The notes beneath the pieces are model-generated. The model worked only from the letters and a program-made list of their open reading frames with translations. It had not been told where the DNA came from and made no database searches. Both the position numbers and the translations under genes were made by a program. Positions 24,948 to 34,461 of a DNA stretch of 34,461 bases are shown here, piece after piece. This stretch comes from Eledone cirrhosa (lineage: Eukaryota), in contig CAXHJY010000131.1 of the NCBI GenBank assembly GCA_964016885.1, positions 1 to 34,461 of the forward strand, in the 5' to 3' direction. Each line of letters begins with the position of its first letter. The stretch's first letter is position 1.

Positions 24948-25020
24948 CGACTATCCAGGAAAAATTTGAACCGTTAAGATCTTCTTCCTGGATATGTCAA
25001 TATTTATAAAACAAACTTTG

Positions 25021-25081
25021 TATTTTATCTGATGAGAGCGTACCAAAGTGTTGGTACCCTTGAAATATATATAATAGAATA
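25021..25081 (+). ncRNA. Minimal type I hammerhead ribozyme motif (same family as 11031-11096)
   Basis: TATTTTAT-CTGATGA(25029)-gagcgtaccaa agtg ttggtaccctt-GAAA(25062)-TATATA-TA^(25073)-ATAGAATA; 8-bp stem I, 11-position stem II with 1 mismatch. Confidence 0.85.
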
Positions 25082-25346
25082 AATATAGTTTTATAAATAT
25101 AGTTTCCATTTATTTAATATCATTGAATATTATACTCCATATCTGTCGAGTGCTTCAAATCAGTTATAAACATTTATATTTGTTGAATTACCAACAAATT
25201 AAATATCCCTTTTGCTTATATATATATATATATATATATATATAGGTATTGAAATTTCCGTTGAAAACAGAAAAGGTCATAGAAGTGAAGAGTGCTCTAT
25301 GTAAGTATCAGGGCAAAATTTAATGTATAAAAATCAATACAATATA

Positions 25347-25424
25347 ATTACCTCATTACCAGAGGTTTCCCGAATGAGGCGAATACGAAAGAAACGTCTT
25401 CATTCGTTCGTCAGACGAGGCAAT
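25347..25424 (-). ncRNA. Type I hammerhead ribozyme motif (left arm of the inverted repeat)
   Basis: Exact reverse complement of 25697-25774. Confidence 0.78.
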
Positions 25425-25696
25425 ATAAAACATGGGTAAATATTTGGAAAGTCTCGTCAAAAAAATCAAAAAAAAGATATAGACAAATGAATTAGAAAAT
25501 GAAATATATAATAATCTTTCAAGAAATATAGGTAGGTGTGTGTATATGTATGTATATACGCTCACAGATGTGCATATATGTGTATGCACATATGTATACG
25601 TATAGTGAAAAATATATTTCATTTTCTAATTCATTTGTCTATATCTTTTTTTTTTTTTTTTTTACGAGACTTTCCAAGTATTTACCCATGTTTTAT

Positions 25697-25774
25697 ATTG
25701 CCTCGTCTGACGAACGAATGAAGACGTTTCTTTCGTATTCGCCTCATTCGGGAAACCTCTGGTAATGAGGTAAT
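25697..25774 (+). ncRNA. Type I hammerhead ribozyme motif (right arm of the inverted repeat)
   Basis: ATTGCCTCGT-CTGACGA(25707)-a CGAATGA...TCATTCG g-GAAAC(25752)-ctctg-GTA^(25764)-ATGAGGTAAT; 10-bp stem I with 2 GU pairs; A-G mismatch at the base of stem II. Confidence 0.78.
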
Positions 25775-26048
25775 TATATTGTATTGATTTTTATACATTA
25801 TATATATATATATATATAATTATATATGTATATATGTGTGTGTCTATATATATATGTTGATCAGACATACATACTAAAAAGAGAAAAGTCACGCCACCAT
25901 TAAAATATAATAATAATAATAATAATAATAACTATCTATCTAATAACGATGATGATGATATCAATATATCTAATAATGATGACGATGATGATAACTATAC
26001 ATCTAATAATGACAATGACGACGATGATGATGATAAAGATATATCTAC

Positions 26049-26229
26049 TAATTATTTCTACTTTTGGCACAAGGCCAGCAATTACCCAGTACATTACTGG
26101 TACTTTATTTTATCGACCCCGTAAGGATGAAAGGCAAAGTTAACCTCAGCGGGATTTGAACTCAGAATGGCAAGGGCCGTAACTCTATGCGTCAAAGCAT
26201 GGCGTCCGACCCTCTACCGATACTGCCAA
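26049..26229 (-). mobile_element. SINE family A
   Basis: Close match to 24161-24343; a further tail fragment lies at ~26245-26312. Confidence 0.9.
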
Positions 26230-27186
26230 GCCATAACGATAATAATAATTATTCCTAATTCAAGCTCAAGGCCAGCAATTTAGGGGGGTGAGGGATAAGT
26301 CGAACATATCGAGGGGAGGGTGGGAGCGGGGATTGAGGGAGAGGGGTGGTGGAGAGAGAGACTTAGCTGAGCAGCAAAACAAGCAAATAATTAAAGCAGG
26401 CGAGTGGGTGGGTGAATGGGGGAGAGTGTGAGGAAGGAGGGAGTGAGGAAGAGAGAGTGTTTGAGGAAGAGAGAGAGTGTGTGAGGAAGAGAATGAGGAA
26501 AGGAGGGTGTGAGTGAAAGAAATAAAGAAAGAAAGAAAGGAGATGAAAAAGGGATTGGGGGAGAAAGTGAGGGATAAGGGGTGAGTGAGAAAGGGAGGAA
26601 GAAAGGGTGAAGGAGTGAGTGAATGTGTGAGTGAGGAGTGACCTGGGTGATAGAGGAAGTGTGAGAGAAAGAGAGGGAGTAAGTGAGAGTAAGTGAGGCA
26701 GAAAGGGAGGGAGAGAGTAAGTGAGAGATGGAGGGAGAGAGTAAGTGAGAGAGGGAGGGAGGGAGAGAGGCAGGGAGAGTAAGTGAGAGAGGGATGGAGA
26801 GAGTAAGTGAGAGAGGAAGGGAGAAAGTAAGTGTATGTGTGAGTGAGACGTGAATGAGTGTTTTTGTGACTAAAGCAATTTCTAACATCTATTAAACAGG
26901 CGATAGAATGGACATAAAACTGTCCTTCGCAATATCTCCAGAAACATTTACACAAACAACAGCCATAGCTTTTTACTTCCACAAGAAGTGATTTGCAGAG
27001 GCCGCCATTAATTTACTTTCACTTTGGTCTTTCCTTTGTTTTTGTTTGTTTTATTTGTTTTTCTTTTGTTATTGTTTTATTGTTGTTGTCGTTTTTTTGT
27101 TTTTTTTTGTATTTTTCTATTGTTAATATTATTATTATTATTGTTGTTGGCTTTCAGGTGGCTTGCTATTTGATTGTATATATATA

Positions 27187-27217
<31 letters not shown>

Positions 27218-28049
27218 ATAATATATATGTGTATGTTTATATATGTATACATATGTGTGTGTATATGTGTATATTTATATATATATATATATATGTGTGT
27301 ATATATATATATATATGTATGTATATATATAGAGAGAGAGAGATAGTGAGCAAGCCATCATCGTCATTATTACCCTCATCATCATCAACATAATCCACTA
27401 ACACCACCACTACTACTACAGTCGCCATTATCACCACCACCACCACCACCACCACTACTACTACAGTCGCCATTATCACCACCACCACCACCACCACTGT
27501 TATTATCACCGCCATCAATAAACATCACAACCATCATAACCATTATTACCTCCGTCAGTACTACTGCCACCACCGCCACCACCATCACAATTACAATCAT
27601 CATCATTAACATCACTGCAATTACCTCCACCACCACCACCATCATCATCATCGTCGTCATCATTGCTAGTTTCAAAGTTATGTCTGACACAGTATGTGTA
27701 AAACAGCGTACACACAGACATCCACACACACACTGACACACAGATTCTCAGACACACACACTGACACACACATACACATTAACACAGACACACACGTACA
27801 CACGCACTCTCGGACAACCACACACACAGTGTTAGTGGTTAGAGACACCAATGTGAGCTGAGTCACAGTATTTGTCATGGATTTAGATCCAGTTTAACAC
27901 CTTTATTCGCTTACACACACACACACACACATGTGTATATACACACACACACATGTGTATATATACACACACACACATGTGTATATACAGATACACATAT
28001 GTATATATACACACACAAACAAAAACTCTAAAGTCTGTCTTAAGCCAGA

Positions 28050-28447
28050 AGGCTCATTTGGCTGGTTTCATGGGGTGAAGCGAATAAGAGTACAAGACTT
28101 CCCCCTGGAGAGGACGCCAGTCCATCGCAGGGTTAAAACCCGAGCTATTGCTGGTACTCATTTTCAGCTTGATACGCTTACATACACATACACATATGTA
28201 TATATACATACACACATATGTATATTCACACACACATACATACATACATACATACATACACACATGCATAATACACATATATATACATAAACGCACAAAC
28301 ATACATACATACACATATATATACATACACACACAAACATACACACATACACATATGTATACATACACACACAAACATACATACATACATACACATATGT
28401 ATACATACACACACGCACACAATACTCTAACCACTCAGCCACACGCC
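28050..28447 (-). mobile_element. SINE remnant interrupted by a CA/TA microsatellite
   Basis: tRNA-like head at 28421-28447 (GGCGTGTGGCTGAGTGGTTAGAGTATT on minus); 3' body at 28050-28172 (CCCCCTGGA..CAGTCCATCGCAGGGTTA, V-SINE-like by recall). Confidence 0.6.
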
Positions 28448-28511
28448 ATCACTATTATACATAAGGCGGTGGAATGGCAGTATCGGTAGAGGGTCAGCTT
28501 TCCACAATGTT

Positions 28512-28728
28512 TTAACCCTTTAGTATTCACATTACTCTATATATACTATTGTATTTTCATGGTAAAGGCTTTACCTCACATAATATCTCACATAATATCG
28601 AATCTATGAGATTTTGAAAGTATTTATTTTGAGAACTATACCTTAACATCAGTTTGAGCAACCAGTTACAGCCAGTTTCAACAGAAAGAGGTAGAGAATT
28701 CTGGCCGGTTTGAACATTAAAGGGTTAA
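28512..28728. mobile_element. piggyBac-type MITE, second diverged copy
   Basis: TTAA-CCCTTTA...TAAAGGG-TTAA; interior colinear with 6951-7186. Confidence 0.87.
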
Positions 28729-28780
28729 GCAAACTAGAACACTTTGTTATCTATTCATATATTGTTTTCGTTATGAATAC

Positions 28781-29105
28781 AATAGTTTCTACTTTAAGCA
28801 CAACGCCAGCAATTTTGGCCGAAAGGAAAAGTCGATTATATCTATGACAGAACTTAACTGCGGCTTAGGTTTATTGACTCCAGAAGGAAGAATTGGTAGA
28901 TCATCTGACGAAGTTAGATTGCAGAATCTGTCTTGATTTGTTGATCCCTTCTCTCTAAGATCAAATCTTAAGTCGATAAACCTAAACTCGAGGGTGAAGA
29001 GGAAAGTTGACCTCGGCAGGATTTGAATACAGGGACCAGAGATCCGGAATAAATACAACACAGCATTCTATCCGACATGTTGAAGGCTCTACCAATTCTC
29101 CACCT
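28781..29105 (-). mobile_element. Old SINE family A copy or copies
   Basis: Tail TTTCTACTTTAAGCACAA-GCCAGCAATT and head AAAGTTGACCTCGGCAGGATTTGAA...CCAATTCTCCACCT. Confidence 0.7.
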
Positions 29106-29363
29106 AAACAAGGAATAAACCTGATTATTATATATTTATTTACTTGTAAATTTATCGATTGAGTTATATATTTATTAACTTTTGCTTCTATCGTCTCCAT
29201 CATCTCAACCAATCGTGTATGCATGGGGAAACACCAGACTTTCTCCCCAATGGATTTGAAAGTTCGAGGAAACACACATGTCCCAGCTTTCTCCTTTCCT
29301 ATACTGTTCACATTCTCTCTCACCCCTCACCCCTCATGCCACACACTCACACATACATTTATG

Positions 29364-29402
<39 letters not shown>

Positions 29403-29587
29403 ATAAATATATATACATACATATATAAGAGATAGAGAGAGAGATGCTTTGAGTGAGTGTATGTATATATATATATATATATATATATAAACATCTACAC
29501 CGCCCTCCGCATTATCTTTATTATATATATACATACATTATATTTATATATATATATATTTACATATATATATATATATACACATAT

Positions 29588-29619
<32 letters not shown>

Positions 29620-29797
29620 GTATATACTATGTATATATACATATATATATATGTATATACTATATATATATATATATATATGTGTGTATATATATATATA
29701 TATGTAGGTAGGTATGTATATACACATACATACATACATACATACATACATACATACATACATACACACATACTTACATACATACATACATACATAC

Positions 29798-29828
<31 letters not shown>

Positions 29829-30155
29829 CATACATACACACATACACACATACACACATACACACATACACACACACATACACACACACACACACACATA
29901 CACACACACATACATACATTATGCACATGACTTTTCCATATATCATACATCCACAGACATCCATGTTTTCTAAGTTTATATCATTATATATGGTTGTTAA
30001 GCCTTAGTAAGACCAGCCATCACTTACTACAGATTATTCCGAGTTGATGTCCAATTACTTTCCGAAAATTGCTAAATATTATCATCTTCATGAAATTTGG
30101 TCGAATCACTGAAGAATCATAGAAAGTATATGGATGTTCTTTAAAGGCATTCTCA

Positions 30156-30221
<66 letters not shown>

Positions 30222-30227
30222 CACAGG

Positions 30228-30261
<34 letters not shown>

Positions 30262-30263
<2 letters not shown>

Positions 30264-30366
30264 ATTAAAATTATTAAAATAACAGATTAAAGTTTAAGGA
30301 CAGAATCGTTGCTTTCACCCCTAACGGGATTTTTGGATTTTAGTCTTCACATTTATTATTATTACT
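30262..30366. mobile_element. TA-embedded repeat of the 6426 family
   Basis: TATTAAAATAACAGATTAAAGTTTAAG and GATTTTAGTCTTCA-ATTTATTATTATTACTA are shared with 6426-6595. Confidence 0.75.
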
Positions 30367-30498
30367 ATATATATATATGCATGTAATATATGCATGGATA
30401 TGTATGTATATATATATACATATATGTATATGTATATATATATATGTATCTATCTATATATATATATATGTATATATGTATATATATATATGTATCTA

Positions 30499-30541
<43 letters not shown>

Positions 30542-31073
30542 GTACATGTGTATGTACATGTATATATAGATAGATATATATCCACACATACATGCATATA
30601 TATACAGATATATATATATATAAGTAAGTGACTGTTCCACCACCACCACCACCTCTACTACCCCACCAACACCCACTATACTTCTTCCTCTTTCTTCCAA
30701 AAGACTGAAACTATTTCTAAGAGGCAGCTCACGTCCAAACATATTCCGTTATTAACATATATAACTGAATCAAGTCTATCAGACAGAAAGACAGACAGGA
30801 CAGACTGATGAACAGACAGATGAACAGACAGACAGACAGACTGACAGATGAACAGACAGACAGACAGACAGACTGACAGATGAACAGACAGACAGACTGA
30901 CGGGGTGACACAGGGACGGAATATCAAACCGCCCAGTCCCCAGAACATACGCATAATACTCACAAACATATACATATACAGACTTACACAAACATATACA
31001 CATACACAAACACATACAGATACACACATACAGCCTTACATAAAGATACACACATGATATCATACAGATATAC

Positions 31074-31166
<93 letters not shown>

Positions 31167-31171
<5 letters not shown>

Positions 31172-31260
31172 ATAATAATAAATTTGAAGACTAAAATCCA
31201 AAGAGGGCTCGATAAGGATAAATATTTATCAAATATATAAGTACCGTAGAGCAAATATAT
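31167..31260 (-). mobile_element. TA-embedded repeat of the 6426 family, inverted
   Basis: Reverse complement of 6503-6594 with a few changes. Confidence 0.8.
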
Positions 31261-32600
<1,340 letters not shown>

Positions 32601-34137
32601 GAAATAAAACTTAAATAACGGAGACAGAAGAAACACACTCCATACAAGAGCACCTGCAGAATTTGGTAAAAACAAAATTCTATTTTTAGATACATATTTT
32701 TTACTTTTCTCATTCGTATACACACACATTGATCCACACTTAAACATATACACATATATACATGCAAGCTTACATATCATCATACACACATATATATATG
32801 ATATATATATATATACACACATACATATATACTTACATATACACACACATGTATACATACATGCATTCATACATATATATACACACATACATATAAACAT
32901 ACACATACATGCATATATACATATATACAGAAATACACATGTCCCATCGGCAGACATATAGACACAAAACATACATATATACACATATATATACGTGCAT
33001 ATACACAGTCAAATTTTTAAATTACACACACACCAAACACATATATAGACTCACATACACACACGAGTTACACTGGCACATTAATTTCTACACAAATATT
33101 GACATACATACACACACACAAATTCACAAACAAAAACATGTATGCCCACATACACAATTCCCCCACCCCACACACACACATACCTGTAAACACATATACA
33201 TACACACATATCTACATATACATACACACACAATCCCATCTTCCTATACATACACACACAATCTCATGTACACACAAACACACACACTATCGCATTTACA
33301 CATACACACTCACAAATAAAATTAACAATTGAAAAAGCCAAACCAGTAAATTCTAAAGAGATATTTACCTTTAAAAAAGATTTTTTTTTTCAAAGTGTTT
33401 TTGAAAATAAAATTAACGCGAAAAATTATTTATATACTTAAAAAGATAAAAACAGAAAAATAGAAAAAAAATATTGAAAACATGAAAATGTTTTTTTGTA
33501 AATGCAGATAAAAATAATTGAAAATACATTTTAAAAAATAAAAAATATTTTAAAAAATTAAAATAATTATAAAAATAAAACTATGAAAGACTGGGAATAA
33601 ATGTACTTGAAATTAATAATAATAATAATTTTATTATTATCATTAATATTATTATTAATATTAATATTGCTATCATTATTATTAATTATTATTATTAGTA
33701 GTAGTAATAGAAGAAGAAATAAAGAAAGAAAGTATTATTATTGTTATTATTATTAATTATACTGTGTTGTCAGTTTTATGTTTTCTTGTATAGAGTTGTT
33801 TTGTTGCCTTTTTTTTAGAAATATAATTTTTTAATAGGTTTGAGAAAAACGAGAGAGAGAAAGAGCGAGAGAGGTGAAACAACCCCCACCAATCACAAAT
33901 AACTTTGAAGTAACCCTCCCAAAATAACCATCTTAAAAACTACACACTCTCTCTCTCATACGCATAAAAAAGTTTAATCTAAAAATTAACAGGTGTTAAG
34001 TAATGCTACTACATAATCAACTGATGTTTGGAAGTTGAAAGAACCTTAAATGTATTTTAGTCTCATTATCAAATCTCAGACTTTTTAACATCTCTCTCTC
34101 TCTCAGTATATATTCGTGTATACATATATATATATAC

Positions 34138-34188
<51 letters not shown>

Positions 34189-34218
34189 TATATATATATA
34201 TATAATTATATATAATTA

Positions 34219-34249
<31 letters not shown>

Positions 34250-34271
34250 CAATATAATATCTATATAATTA

Positions 34272-34302
<31 letters not shown>

Positions 34303-34410
34303 GTATTTATATGACTAAACACACACGTGCCATCCTGTAAAATTCTTCGTTTTTTTTTCTTCTTCTCTTACTTTCGTCTATCCTTCAGTTTCTTTAATCT
34401 TTCCTATCTT

Positions 34411-34440
34411 CCAACGAAGGACTAACGTCCGAAATGTCAT
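34411..34440 (+). ncRNA. Decayed minimal hammerhead-like motif
   Basis: CCAACGA-a-GGAC taac GTCC-GAAAT-GTC; perfect 4-bp stem II, first core box mutated, stem I not evident. Confidence 0.4.
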
Positions 34441-34461
34441 GACTCTTTCCCTACAGATAAA

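Larger units (their letters stand above)
25321..25800. repeat. Near-perfect inverted repeat, ~190-bp arms (25321-25509 / 25612-25800), ~100-bp spacer
   Basis: Arms are reverse complements except for a few changes around the poly-A/T run. Confidence 0.96.

Overview
AT-rich eukaryotic (metazoan) DNA dominated by TA/TATG/CA and trinucleotide microsatellites. The repeat content (tRNA-derived SINEs, RTE-type LINE remnants, TTAA MITEs, very dense microsatellites) suggests an octopus or other coleoid cephalopod genome; this is inference. Nearly all ORFs in the track are microsatellite artefacts. Genic signal is limited and tentative: a likely terminal coding exon (1127-1343), an E-box/CCAAT promoter-like region with a candidate first exon (~9120-9598), and a candidate ATG-bearing exon (22247-22392). 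The most notable signal is a set of short elements sitting in (TA)n tracts that carry minimal type I hammerhead ribozyme motifs: five with complete core motifs plus several decayed ones, often arranged as inverted repeats, as in Penelope-like retroelements and retrozymes. One inverted pair of such elements brackets a head-to-tail 2.3-copy array of a hairpin-rich 713-bp unit. All alignments and folds were done by eye.
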